Source: Promethearchaeota archaeon (GTDB taxonomy: Archaea; Asgardarchaeota; Lokiarchaeia; Sigyniarchaeales; SOKP01). From it: a stretch of DNA of 52,312 nt. The stretch is taken from the NCBI GenBank assembly GCA_016840165.1, contig JAEOSU010000028.1:1-52312 (forward strand), read 5' to 3'. The notes beneath the pieces are model-generated. The model was not told the origin of the DNA. It ran no database searches and saw only the letters and a program-made list of their open reading frames with translations. A program made the translations under genes and the position numbers. Shown here in pieces: positions 39,049-49,448 of the stretch; the first letter of the stretch is position 1; the number at the start of each line of letters is the position of its first letter.

Positions 39049-39105
39049 ATCAGAGATATTATATCAAATTATATTAGTTCTTATTTTTATTACATATTTA
39101 ACACG

Positions 39106-39666
39106 TTGAATGAAATTTCTAATAAAGTTAAAAAGAGTTATATGCGGAACTTCGTTTTCAAAATATTGTTAGCTGGAGATGGGGGAGTAGGTAAAACTAC
39201 GCTCCTTCGGCGGTATGTTAATGGTGTGTTTGATGAATCTACTATTCAGACCGTTGGGGTCGACTTTTTCTTAAAAGAGATGCATTTTGAGGATTTAAAT
39301 GCGAGTTGTACACTCCAACTCTGGGATTTAGGTGGACAAGAGCGTTTTCGGCATATTCTCGAAAGTTTTGTCATGGGTGCGAGAGGAGCTTTGCTTCTAT
39401 TTGACTTGACGAATATGCCTAAAATCGAGGGTATCTTAAATTGGGTCAATATTGTTCGCTCTCATGATATTAATCTTCCTATTTTATTTGTAGGTACTAA
39501 ATTGGATCTTAGTGAATTAATTGCGGTAGATGATAATAGTGCTATGGATATTAAAAATACCTTCAAAATGATTGATTTCCTAAAAACATCCTCCAAAACA
39601 GGATATAATGTAGAATTAGTATTTGAAACCATTTCTAAATACTTAATTCAGCATTTTAAATTTTAA
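39106..39666 (+). CDS. Rab-like small GTPase
   Basis: GDGGVGKT, TVGVDF, WDLGGQERF, GTKLD, TSSK; no C-terminal Cys. Confidence 0.92.
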   Translation: MNEISNKVKKSYMRNFVFKILLAGDGGVGKTTLLRRYVNGVFDESTIQTVGVDFFLKEMHFEDLNASCTLQLWDLGGQERFRHILESFVMGARGALLLFDLTNMPKIEGILNWVNIVRSHDINLPILFVGTKLDLSELIAVDDNSAMDIKNTFKMIDFLKTSSKTGYNVELVFETISKYLIQHFKF

Positions 39667-39711
39667 GTTTCTATAGCAATTAATTTTTTAAACAAATATC
39701 TATTTTATTAT

Positions 39712-40527
39712 ATGAATTATATGGACGATGAACTTGTTATTCTTGGCTCTGGTGGAGGAAGACATCACATTAGAACACAATATCGAGCAACAGGAGGGAT
39801 TCTTTACAAATTTAATGGAATTCAAGCTCATATCGACCCTGGGCCGGGAGCTATTGTAAGAATTAATCAATATCATGAAGAACCCCTTAAAACAGAACTT
39901 TTTATTGCGACACATGCACATGTTGATCATTATAATGATTTAAGTACGATGATAGAAAGCTCCCGAGATAATTTGCACGATGGCAAATATAATTATTTCA
40001 AAAAAGGTACTTTAATCACCACTAAAGATGTTCTAAAGTATATATCCGATTATCATCTTAATATGCTTGAAAAAGTTGTGACTTTTAAGGCAGGAGATCG
40101 ATATGAATATAAAAATACTAATATAATTGGGACAAAAGTAATCCACTCAAGAAATGTGGAGGGCTTTGGGGTAAAATTTATCTTGGATGATTATTCAATT
40201 GCTTTTTCAAGTGATACGATGGTGTTTGATGGCTTTGCAGAAGAATTTTCTGGTGTGAACATTCTAGTTTTGAATCTTTTGCGACCCGATTCAGTAACCT
40301 GTAGACGGCATCTATGCACCGACGAAGTCATCCCACATTTAAATCATATTAACCCTTCTTTAGATGCTTTACTGATTACTCATTTTGGAGCGTATATGGA
40401 TAGCCCGAAATCCATTAAGAATTTTATCCCAAGCCAAATCAACAAGCTTAGAAATGGGACCACAATTAAAAATGTTGTTGCTGCAGAAGATGGCCTAAAA
40501 ATTAAGATTAAAGAGATCTTAAAATAA
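39712..40527 (+). CDS. MBL-fold metallo-hydrolase
   Basis: ILGSGGG, IDPGPG, THAHVDH, SDT, ITHFG. Confidence 0.9.
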   Translation: MNYMDDELVILGSGGGRHHIRTQYRATGGILYKFNGIQAHIDPGPGAIVRINQYHEEPLKTELFIATHAHVDHYNDLSTMIESSRDNLHDGKYNYFKKGTLITTKDVLKYISDYHLNMLEKVVTFKAGDRYEYKNTNIIGTKVIHSRNVEGFGVKFILDDYSIAFSSDTMVFDGFAEEFSGVNILVLNLLRPDSVTCRRHLCTDEVIPHLNHINPSLDALLITHFGAYMDSPKSIKNFIPSQINKLRNGTTIKNVVAAEDGLKIKIKEILK

Positions 40528-40608
40528 AACTGCGAGAAGCAAACTTTATTGAATTTTTGTTTATCAACAAAGAAAAAAAAAAAAAGTTAAAATTAAAATT
40601 ATTAGTTT

Positions 40609-42888
40609 TTACCAGTATGGCCAAAACCACGAAAATCTCGCATGAGCGTTAAAAGCGTAGTAGGTTCCAAAGGTATGTTCATATCCTGGTTGATTAGCAA
40701 CAACCATTACATGAGTGGTTGCAATCCTTGGATCGGGCGAATGATAAAAGTAGGCATTTACACTCATTAAGTCCATACTACCTTCTTCTGTATCGTCATC
40801 AACTGCCATTGGATAGATATTATGATACTGGGCATATATACTACCATCACTTAGATAAAATGTTTGAGTCTGAAGAATAGTCACTTCAAAGTCATTGTAA
40901 ATAATCTGATCATTTAAATACCATCCATCATTGACTGTCCAATCACCTTCGGTCTCACAATCATCATTAAAGCTAATTTCCGGTATTTCTATATCATCGA
41001 GATACCATCCTGAGGCAAGCGTATATCCATCGGTCCAATACGTAAAGAACAATTCTATTTTGTGCCCTGCAAAAGGTGTAAGATCCATCATTTCGGTATA
41101 TATTCCACCACTTTCACCTGTAAAGCAGTTCCAGTTTCCAGCGTCATTATATGTGGTTGGTTCTCTCTCGTCAGGAGTATTTGGATTATCCTGTTCATAT
41201 CCTAGAACAGGTATTGTTCCAAGACCAGGTAATGTAGTCCATGAATCAGTATCATAATCATACACTTCTACATAGCCATAATCCCAGTCTGCTTCAATTG
41301 AAAAGTAGTTTGAGAAAGAGAGTGTTGCTCCTGTCACAGGTATATCAAAATCTTGACTTAAGCTAAACCAGGACCATGCTGTTCCATCAGAATACCAATT
41401 ATGAGTACCACTCGTTGGCGCAGCTCCGCATGTTTCATCACCATCAAATTCTATTTCATACAAGTATGGTGCGGAAGTAAATTCGACATAGTTCGCAGTG
41501 TATTCTAAACCTCGACCCACTAAAATATATTCTCCATAATATGGATATTCATCAACAAACCAATTGAAGTAACCTGTACCTGAGTACCAACTATCCCATA
41601 ATTCCATTGCAAGAGGGATACTCATACCTTCCGAATTATCGGATGGAATATCTAATGCATAATACCCATATCTTCCAAAGTAAAATGATGTATCATCAAG
41701 ATAATTTGCGAGACACCAGTCTTGGAATATTTGATCAAAACTTCTGGTTACTCCACGAGCAGCAAGTGCATTACTCCACCCTTCTATACCATTTCCTGGG
41801 TCATGGCATACATCCCAAACTAAATCTACGCCTCCATAGTGTTCAAACATATAGAAAGTCCATAGGAAAGATGCACCATAATCAGCTAGATAACCCTCCC
41901 ATATAGTCAATGGTGTATCCCAGAACCATAATAAATATTCTGAGATATGCCCAGGAGAGAACCCATATCCACAAAGCCATTCAGCTAATGTTGACATACC
42001 TTCATCAACCCATGAATATTCATCTGGATCAACATCATTATTTATAAGATGTTGAAACTCATGAGCAAAGGTTCCTTCATATTCCCATGCTTTTATACTG
42101 AGATAAGAGTAATCAAAACCATTGTATGGATCCACCATCGGTGGACTTCCACCTTGTCTTCTCCACCATTGGTATGTATCCATGTGGAATGCATTAGTAT
42201 CGAAATTATTAGCGATTTGAGACCAGAAATATCCTTCGATAAATCCTGCTGCGTTAACAGGGTCGTAGAAAAATTCATCTTTGACGTTAAATACCATAAC
42301 CTGGGTCTTATAATCATCATAGGGACCTGGTCGATCAGCATATTGACCAAAATATTGCACATCAGTATCATGGATGTTAGTATCGAACTCACTTAACACT
42401 TCTAATAGATCTGCTCCAGTTATATAATCAACATAACCTGGTGGTAAATAATAACCACCTGGATAACTATCATCAACTATGCCAGTAGAAGTCCAAGGAT
42501 AACTAAAAAACCAAACATCATCAGGACTATAACCTGGATCACCGTTGTCAACATACCAATCATATGCAGGATCCAATGCTATCCAAATATTTCCATGTGT
42601 GCCATTAAAGATGTTTTCAAATTCGAGCCATTCTAACTGGCCAGTATAATCATTAATGGTAGGATAAAGCCATGGACTATGTGGGGGCTCAAATTTTACA
42701 CCCTCAAGTGATATTGTTCTAGCATGTGTGCAATCTTTGAGTGCTTCAACATCAAACCCATTATATTCACCACTTGCATTTGCTTTTTCACTTAGAAAAA
42801 TTACGTTTGCATAAGATAACGAAAAGCCAGTGATCACAGTAATCAAGGTAAAGACTAATACGATAGTTAAAATTTGTTTTTTTCTCAT
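40609..42888 (-). CDS. Secreted zinc metalloprotease (immune inhibitor A / M6-M30-like)
   Basis: N-terminal signal peptide; AHEFQHLI, WVDEGMS; IEADWDYGYVEV and YWTDG...GWYLDDI C-terminal domain. Confidence 0.85.
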   Translation of the reverse strand: MRKKQILTIVLVFTLITVITGFSLSYANVIFLSEKANASGEYNGFDVEALKDCTHARTISLEGVKFEPPHSPWLYPTINDYTGQLEWLEFENIFNGTHGNIWIALDPAYDWYVDNGDPGYSPDDVWFFSYPWTSTGIVDDSYPGGYYLPPGYVDYITGADLLEVLSEFDTNIHDTDVQYFGQYADRPGPYDDYKTQVMVFNVKDEFFYDPVNAAGFIEGYFWSQIANNFDTNAFHMDTYQWWRRQGGSPPMVDPYNGFDYSYLSIKAWEYEGTFAHEFQHLINNDVDPDEYSWVDEGMSTLAEWLCGYGFSPGHISEYLLWFWDTPLTIWEGYLADYGASFLWTFYMFEHYGGVDLVWDVCHDPGNGIEGWSNALAARGVTRSFDQIFQDWCLANYLDDTSFYFGRYGYYALDIPSDNSEGMSIPLAMELWDSWYSGTGYFNWFVDEYPYYGEYILVGRGLEYTANYVEFTSAPYLYEIEFDGDETCGAAPTSGTHNWYSDGTAWSWFSLSQDFDIPVTGATLSFSNYFSIEADWDYGYVEVYDYDTDSWTTLPGLGTIPVLGYEQDNPNTPDEREPTTYNDAGNWNCFTGESGGIYTEMMDLTPFAGHKIELFFTYWTDGYTLASGWYLDDIEIPEISFNDDCETEGDWTVNDGWYLNDQIIYNDFEVTILQTQTFYLSDGSIYAQYHNIYPMAVDDDTEEGSMDLMSVNAYFYHSPDPRIATTHVMVVANQPGYEHTFGTYYAFNAHARFSWFWPYW

Positions 42889-42939
42889 TTTATTTCCATT
42901 TCCATTTTTTATTTGTTATTAGATTTCTGAAGTTAATGA

Positions 42940-42966
42940 TTAGTCAAACAAGTCTAAATTGACTAA
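42940..42966. promoter_or_regulatory. Inverted repeat upstream of the protease gene
   Basis: TTAGTCAA-N11-TTGACTAA. Confidence 0.45.
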
Positions 42967-43308
42967 ATTAACTTTTAAGTAAAGATTAAGCTAAATGTAA
43001 TTATAAATATTACTTTTTTCCCGCGAATAAAAAGATAGAAGTATACATCGTTTGGTGTACAATTTTAGAGATTGATATACACACAAAACTTACAAATGAT
43101 AAGAGTCCGTGGTAAAAAAAACATAAGATTACACAACTTTTGCTATAACAATGACATTCTAGTCATTTTAGACAACTCTAAAATTATATCTGAGATGAAC
43201 CTTGATAAGTAAAATTAAAATGCTATAATCTCATTCCATAGATTTATTAATCGCTTAATTCTGTTGAGAGAGTATAATGTAATTTTGTGTACGAAAATAT
43301 ACCTTGAG

Positions 43309-43342
43309 AGAATAAAATGGGAGTTGGCTCCCATTCTATTCT
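43309..43342. other. Isolated 15-bp hairpin in a long intergenic region
   Basis: agaataaaatgggag-ttgg-ctcccattctattct; the single mismatch becomes G-U on the minus strand. Confidence 0.5.
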
Positions 43343-43760
43343 AAAAAATCTTTGTAATGAATATTTAGAAAAGATTTTAGTTGATACAAAAGAAAGACTA
43401 ACTTTACTTTATAGGCAATATTATCGAGTTAATGCCCATTAAAGCGTTTATTAGGGTGAAACTATGGTTTTGAGCTTCTATATTTTATAATACATGTGTT
43501 TTTATAGATAAAATCACATAATAATTTGGGAAGGGAAAACTTATACGATACTTCGAGCTACATTGGATTTCGCCCTCTATTAAACTTATAGTTTAATTCT
43601 CTCCCTAATTTTGCAATTTTGCTCGAATATATCATTCCCTTCGCCTTTCTTATATTTATTTGTATTTTTTGAGAATTAATTCTTTTTAAGTAATAGGAAA
43701 TAATCTTAATAGATTTTGTCCCATTGAATCAATTTACTACATAAGTGATTTAAAAACAAG

Positions 43761-43916
43761 CTAGTCCGGTTTTATCCAATGTTTACATACAACACACTGC
43801 AAAATTTTATCTAACGTATTACCATGTGGATTAGATCCTCGTTTAAGTACTCTAGTAACCATAACGTTTCCACATTTTTCACAAATATGCAATCCCTCAC
43901 TTTTCACCTTTTGCAT
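43761..43916 (-). CDS. Unlisted 51-aa zinc-ribbon protein
   Basis: MQKVKSEGLHICEKCGNVMVTRVLKRGSNPHGNTLDKILQCVVCKHWIKPD*. Confidence 0.75.
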   Translation of the reverse strand: MQKVKSEGLHICEKCGNVMVTRVLKRGSNPHGNTLDKILQCVVCKHWIKPD

Positions 43917-44093
43917 AGTCCCCAGTCATCTCGTATATATATTATTCGGTATGTTGCTGTCAATGTTCCCTTAACCTCGTTAAAAGAAGCGACTCGTAAA
44001 AACAATATAAATACTTAGTTATTAAAATAAATTAGAAATTAATAAATGTATTTTAAAGCATAATTTTCAAAATTATTGAAGGGAATGATAATT

Positions 44094-46013
44094 TTATTCT
44101 TTTGAAACAATCCAAATAGGGCTTGACCAAGCCATATTATTATGATCAAGAAATATTCGGAGATAATAAAAGATAAAAGTACCTTCTTTATTTGATTTAA
44201 CAGCCATTTTTTCAAAGTTATCACGATCTTGGTATTCCAGTTCGCAATCTTCTCTATTAATTTTCACTTCCTTGAATTTAATATTATTCCTAATTAATTC
44301 TAATCTTAAAATACGGATAGGACTTACTACTCTTATTTTAATCGTTCTTGAAGTTTTATTGTTCTCCGAATCGTTTATATCAATCACTTCACCCATAAAA
44401 TGATTATCTATCGAAAATTCTATAATTACTCTTGGTCCAGTGGTTCCATAACATGTGCGTTGATTTAGCGCCTTCCAAATAGATCCCCGAGATAAATCAT
44501 CAGCCCAGACTGCCATTATACCAGAGGGGTAAATACCGTTATCCGGATCTAACGGTCCAGACGGATAAATCCCAAAATGATCATCACCTCCCGCGGTAAA
44601 ACCCAATTTATACCCCCGTTCTAAAGCATCTTGTACAAAACTACCCACTTTTTCTAAAATGGGCCCTCGCTTTTTAGCATACTTTCCATAACCAAAAAAC
44701 TTATATCTGGGAGGTAAGGGATTGCCTGCTCTAAAAGAAATTTCTTGATTCCCCCAAGTAGAGTAAATTTCTACCAACTTTTCTAATCGATTACTAAAAT
44801 AATTCCAGTCTCTATATCCGGGACGCAATGCTGTGTGGTGGCCAATCATTAAGATATCTGATTCATATGGCAATAAATTCTTGATTAGTTTCTTCGTTGA
44901 GTTAAACTTGTTCGTATCTGATCTTAAAATAGGTATTGAATTCGTCCTGTGATAAATACAAATGTCACCATATCCCGGAGTGTACCAATACCCCCATTCA
45001 TAACCGAATAATGTCACGAATCGTCCATTTTTGTTATTATTTTCTACTATTTTCCTAATTTCTTCAAAATCTTCATTACTAGTCTCCCATATATGATCGT
45101 GCTCGGTGGAAGCACCAAAATTAAGTCCCGCATTTACCATATTATTGTAATAATCTTTTGGATCTCTAATGCCATCGCTTTTATTCGTATGCCCATGAAT
45201 ATAGCCCCAATAGAGCCTTTTATGCAAATTCTTTTTTTTGCATAAGATAGGATTCGATTGATATCTTAATGATTCAAATTCAGCTTCTAGATAGTTGATT
45301 CCAGAGTTTAAGAAGGAAATATCACTAATTCTCAGTAAACCTTCATTAATGCTCTCAAATTGATAAACACCGATTAATTCAATATCAGATTGAAAAGATT
45401 TCTTAAAGAGTTCAATTTTACCTGAAAAATCCTTAACTAAATTATAAAATTTGTCCTCTACTCTGACTAAAGCTTCGAAATTATCATTTGTTTTAACCGT
45501 AGAAGGACAGATTATAGTCAAATGATCTTTTTCTTCATTGAAGATATTAATGCCATTTTTATACGGCAAATTAATCAATTTTTCCCCAGGTAAATCAACT
45601 AATATTTCAATTTTTTTATTTTCTTCTACAATTGATTGCACTAACGTTTTCCGAATTTCAAAAATAAGTAGTTGCTTTGCACTAATACCCTCCTCCCCGA
45701 TAATCTTATATTTTATCACTAAGTCTTTTCCGGTAATTAAAATGGGAAGTACAGAACAAAATTCATTTAGATTTGTTTTGATATACCCTTTGATATTTGG
45801 ATCATAAGGTTGTAAATAGTACCAATCATTTTTATTATTTCTTCCCCCTCGAAATCGTATACTGAGAGATGAGCCCTTTGAGAGGTGTTGATTTAGTCTA
45901 AAAGAAATATAAATATTAGTAAAATTTCTCACTTTTACTATTGAAGGTTTAATGGTAAGATCTTGAAGCTGGAGCAACGATTTTTCACTAATATCTGTAC
46001 AATATATCAACAA
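44094..46013 (-). CDS. DUF3604 / PHP-like metallo-hydrolase
   Basis: YWGYIHGHTNKSDG, TEHDH, GYEW, GGDDH, YGTTGPR, AWSSPIW. Confidence 0.85.
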   Translation of the reverse strand: MLIYCTDISEKSLLQLQDLTIKPSIVKVRNFTNIYISFRLNQHLSKGSSLSIRFRGGRNNKNDWYYLQPYDPNIKGYIKTNLNEFCSVLPILITGKDLVIKYKIIGEEGISAKQLLIFEIRKTLVQSIVEENKKIEILVDLPGEKLINLPYKNGINIFNEEKDHLTIICPSTVKTNDNFEALVRVEDKFYNLVKDFSGKIELFKKSFQSDIELIGVYQFESINEGLLRISDISFLNSGINYLEAEFESLRYQSNPILCKKKNLHKRLYWGYIHGHTNKSDGIRDPKDYYNNMVNAGLNFGASTEHDHIWETSNEDFEEIRKIVENNNKNGRFVTLFGYEWGYWYTPGYGDICIYHRTNSIPILRSDTNKFNSTKKLIKNLLPYESDILMIGHHTALRPGYRDWNYFSNRLEKLVEIYSTWGNQEISFRAGNPLPPRYKFFGYGKYAKKRGPILEKVGSFVQDALERGYKLGFTAGGDDHFGIYPSGPLDPDNGIYPSGIMAVWADDLSRGSIWKALNQRTCYGTTGPRVIIEFSIDNHFMGEVIDINDSENNKTSRTIKIRVVSPIRILRLELIRNNIKFKEVKINREDCELEYQDRDNFEKMAVKSNKEGTFIFYYLRIFLDHNNMAWSSPIWIVSKE

Positions 46014-46146
46014 ATCTGATTTTATTTAAGTATTTATTGATAATAGACAAAACCTTTTTATAGATTATATCTCCATTATTCATAATTCTATCCAAAATTA
46101 ATCGAAAAATTAATCATTACCTAATTTAAAATGAGGTGAAATTAAC

Positions 46147-46305
46147 GTGAGTTGTCATGATTTAAAAAAGGGAGACGTGCTAGTTTGTGAAGAATGTGGG
46201 CTCGAATTAAAGGTTAATAAAGCATGTAATTGTGAAGAAGAAGAAACTGGTGCTTGTACAGAGGGTGGGTTCACCTGCTGTGGTGGACCTATGAAAGTAA
46301 AGTAA
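46147..46305 (+). CDS. Unlisted 52-aa desulforedoxin-like Cys-rich protein
   Basis: GTG start after GAGGTGA; MSCHDLKKGDVLVCEECGLELKVNKACNCEEEETGACTEGGFTCCGGPMKVK*. Confidence 0.8.
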   Translation: MSCHDLKKGDVLVCEECGLELKVNKACNCEEEETGACTEGGFTCCGGPMKVK

Positions 46306-46341
46306 GGAAATATAATCATTTTTTTTTTGCTTTTTATTAAT

Positions 46342-47211
46342 TCAATTTTTGTTATTCTGTTTTTTTATAACTGTAATTAAAAGCGCTACAAAGATTAATA
46401 AACATCCTAACCATCCAAAAAGAGTCATTGTCTCATTGCCTAAAATAAATGAGGCAAAAAGAACAGCAAATACTGGTTCCAAAGTAAAAATAATAGCAGT
46501 TTCGGATGGTCCTTGATGTCTTTGACTCCAATTTTGAAATATAAACGTGCAGGTCGTTACTGCAATACTCATATAAATCATTATTAACCAAAATGAATAA
46601 TCTACTGTGGAAAAATTAAAGGATTCATTCATAATAATTGAGGAAATAATTGAGAAAAGACTGATGGTAATTAATTGAAATACCGAAAAGACATAAATAT
46701 CAACGAGACGCACATATTTATCATTAAATACAATTAATAAAGCATAAAAAAAAGCGCAACCAAGGACTAAAAAGTCGCCAATGACTATACCGCTTTCACC
46801 TTCAAGAAGAAGGAGACTTGTACCAATAAAGCAAAAAGGAAGTGCAATCCAAATCCTTATATTTATTTTTCTTTTAAAACCTATCCAAGCTATAAATGGT
46901 ACAATGATGGTTCCTAAAGCAGTAATAAAAGCCGCTTTTCCAGCACTCGTGGTTTGTATTCCTGCGGTTTGAAAGACCATCGAGACGAAAAATATGAGTC
47001 CCGCTAAAAAACCCCCAACAACAGACTTTTTATCAATTCGCCTAAAATGATAAAGATAGGGAAGGAATCCAATAATTGCAATAGAAAAACGCAATGTCAT
47101 ATAGAGAAAAATGGGAAGGGTCTGAGTCAACGTTTTGGTGATAATGAAGCTCGTACCCCATAAAATCGTAGTTGAAATTAAGAGTATATTTGCTAGAATT
47201 TTTTGATTCAA
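46342..47211 (-). CDS. DMT/EamA family transporter
   Basis: LWGTSF, LRF, KAAFIT, GDFLVLGCA, LEPVFA. Confidence 0.9.
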   Translation of the reverse strand: MNQKILANILLISTTILWGTSFIITKTLTQTLPIFLYMTLRFSIAIIGFLPYLYHFRRIDKKSVVGGFLAGLIFFVSMVFQTAGIQTTSAGKAAFITALGTIIVPFIAWIGFKRKINIRIWIALPFCFIGTSLLLLEGESGIVIGDFLVLGCAFFYALLIVFNDKYVRLVDIYVFSVFQLITISLFSIISSIIMNESFNFSTVDYSFWLIMIYMSIAVTTCTFIFQNWSQRHQGPSETAIIFTLEPVFAVLFASFILGNETMTLFGWLGCLLIFVALLITVIKKQNNKN

Positions 47212-47481
47212 TTTTCTTCTCCAATATCTATTTAAAATTTAAAACTTATATAAAGTTTAAACTTGGAAAGTCAATTAAAAAATAAAAATTCTACTTATGC
47301 CTAATATTCTATTTGTATTATTACTACTTTTTTTCTATCTATTAGATTTTTCAAATATATAAGTAATTTATGTGGTATGTGCATAAATTATGCTTCTGAT
47401 GCATTTCCCTCGTATAAATATTTATAAATAGCATAATATTTGTAAGAGTATAGATTTATTATTAAGCTACTGGGGAGATTT

Positions 47482-48954
47482 ATGGCCAAATCATATATAG
47501 AGATTAATAAAAAGATAAAAAATAAAAATGCCGTTATTGTTACTGCCGAAGAAATGGTAAAAATAGTAGAGGAAAAAGGTTCAAAGGTTGCTGCAGAGGA
47601 AATTGATGTAGTTACCACAGGTACATTTGGACCAATGTGTTCAAGTGGGGCATTTCTCAATTTTGGTCATTCTGATCCGCCTATTAAATTTGAACATCTT
47701 TGGTTAAATGATGTCCATGCGTATCATGGGAATGCAGCAGTCGATTGCTATATTGGTGTGACTCGGATGGCTGATAAAAGGCCATTTGAGTATGGAGGAG
47801 GGAATGTAATTGAGGATCTTGTATCAGGAAAGCCAATTCGGTTAAGAGGTAACTCAAATACAACTGATTGCTATCCACTAGGAGAGATTGATACTACTGT
47901 TACATTAAATGATCTCAACCAAGCAATTCTGTGTAATCCAAGAAATGCATCTCAGCGTTATGTATGCGCCACAAACAGTACAGATAAAACGCTCTATACT
48001 TATATGGGGAAATTATTACCTAATTTTGGAAACGCGCATTTCGCAGGATCTGGCTTACTAAATCCGTTATGTAATGATCCTGATTACGAAACTATTGGAA
48101 TTGGAACAAGAATCTTTCTTGGAGGAGGGATTGGATATGTTATTGGGGAGGGAACTCAACACAATCCTTCTAATAGCTTTGGTACGTTATTTCTGAAAGG
48201 GGATTTAAAACAAATGAATTCTGATTATTTAAAGGGAGTGAATTATGAGCATTATGGGACGTCTATGTTCGTCGGAGTAGGCATTCCAATCCCAATTTTA
48301 AATGAAGGATTAGCAAAAAAAACTTCAGTCAAAGATGAGGATATTATCACTGAGGTGGTCGATTATGGAATCCCAAGAAGAGACCGACCAGTACTGAAAA
48401 CGACGAACTATAAGGAATTGAAAAGTGGTGAAATTAGTCTGAATGGAAATAAAATTAAATGCTCTCCAGTCTCATCTTTATATCATGCGCGAAAAATTGC
48501 AAATGAACTCAAAGAGTGGTTAGAAGAGGGAAATTTTTTATTAAATCCTCCCGCAGAGCGTTTAATTAGAGATGAGAGATTTAAACCTATGAAACAATCT
48601 TCTCAGTTAAAATTTGTTAGAGATTTTAAAAAAGAGGCAATCATTTGCTATGATGACTGTGATATTAAAGAAGTAGCTCAGAAAATTATACAAAACAATG
48701 CGAACCATATAGTCATAACAGATCATCAAGGTGTTTTAAAAGGAATTGTGACTAGTTTTGATATAACAAAAGCAATAGCAGAAGAGAAATCCAATTTAAA
48801 AGCAATTATTACTAAAAAAGTGATTACGACCCGGGATGATGAACCGGCAGAGATTGCTTCCAGAAAAATGAGATCTCATGAAATTTCTGCTTTACCAATT
48901 TTAGATTATAACAATAAAGTAATAGGGATAATAACTGCGGAGGAGTTGATGTGA
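47482..48954 (+). CDS. Homocysteine biosynthesis protein (DUF39 + CBS pair; aspartate-semialdehyde sulfurtransferase type)
   Basis: DVVTTGTFGPMCSSG, NPRN, TYMGKLLP, NDPDYETIGIGTRIFLGG; two CBS domains. Confidence 0.9.
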   Translation: MAKSYIEINKKIKNKNAVIVTAEEMVKIVEEKGSKVAAEEIDVVTTGTFGPMCSSGAFLNFGHSDPPIKFEHLWLNDVHAYHGNAAVDCYIGVTRMADKRPFEYGGGNVIEDLVSGKPIRLRGNSNTTDCYPLGEIDTTVTLNDLNQAILCNPRNASQRYVCATNSTDKTLYTYMGKLLPNFGNAHFAGSGLLNPLCNDPDYETIGIGTRIFLGGGIGYVIGEGTQHNPSNSFGTLFLKGDLKQMNSDYLKGVNYEHYGTSMFVGVGIPIPILNEGLAKKTSVKDEDIITEVVDYGIPRRDRPVLKTTNYKELKSGEISLNGNKIKCSPVSSLYHARKIANELKEWLEEGNFLLNPPAERLIRDERFKPMKQSSQLKFVRDFKKEAIICYDDCDIKEVAQKIIQNNANHIVITDHQGVLKGIVTSFDITKAIAEEKSNLKAIITKKVITTRDDEPAEIASRKMRSHEISALPILDYNNKVIGIITAEELM

Positions 48955-48955
48955 A

Positions 48956-49351
48956 ATGACCATAATTAATTGTAAACTTCCGTTCGGAGTGGTTAAAAGT
49001 ATCGAAGATTATTCCAATATTATAAATGAGATTTTAAGTTACAATATAACGTTTAATATATTAAAATTTTCAACAGGAACGAGTGGAGTAAATTTATTAT
49101 TAGATGTTCCAGAGAAAAAAGTAAATATGATAACTCAGGCGTTAAAGAAAAACGATGTGATAGTTAACAAGAAAGGAAGAGTGATTGTAGATGATGAAAA
49201 GTGTATAGACTGCGGGGCATGTATTTCTCTTTGTCCAACCGATGCACTCCACTTTAATGATAATAATCAATTAGAATTCTCATATGAAAAATGCATTGGA
49301 TGTTTGCTCTGTTTAGATTCCTGTCCTCGACAAGCTATTGAAGAAATGTAG
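48956..49351 (+). CDS. NIL-like domain + 2x[4Fe-4S] ferredoxin (partner of the DUF39 enzyme)
   Basis: CIDCGACISLCP and CIGCLLCLDSCP; starts 1 nt after the upstream gene. Confidence 0.88.
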   Translation: MTIINCKLPFGVVKSIEDYSNIINEILSYNITFNILKFSTGTSGVNLLLDVPEKKVNMITQALKKNDVIVNKKGRVIVDDEKCIDCGACISLCPTDALHFNDNNQLEFSYEKCIGCLLCLDSCPRQAIEEM

Positions 49352-49448
49352 GAATAAACGACGTGCTTTCATACTAAAACTTATTAATTCATCATCATTG
49401 ACTGATTCAACAAAATATAATATTCAATAATCTGTTTAGTGTATAAAA

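Noticed and set aside
43824-44224. ORF-track entries 43824-44018 and 44039-44224
   Set aside because: They overlap the better-supported Zn-ribbon ORF and the DUF3604 gene
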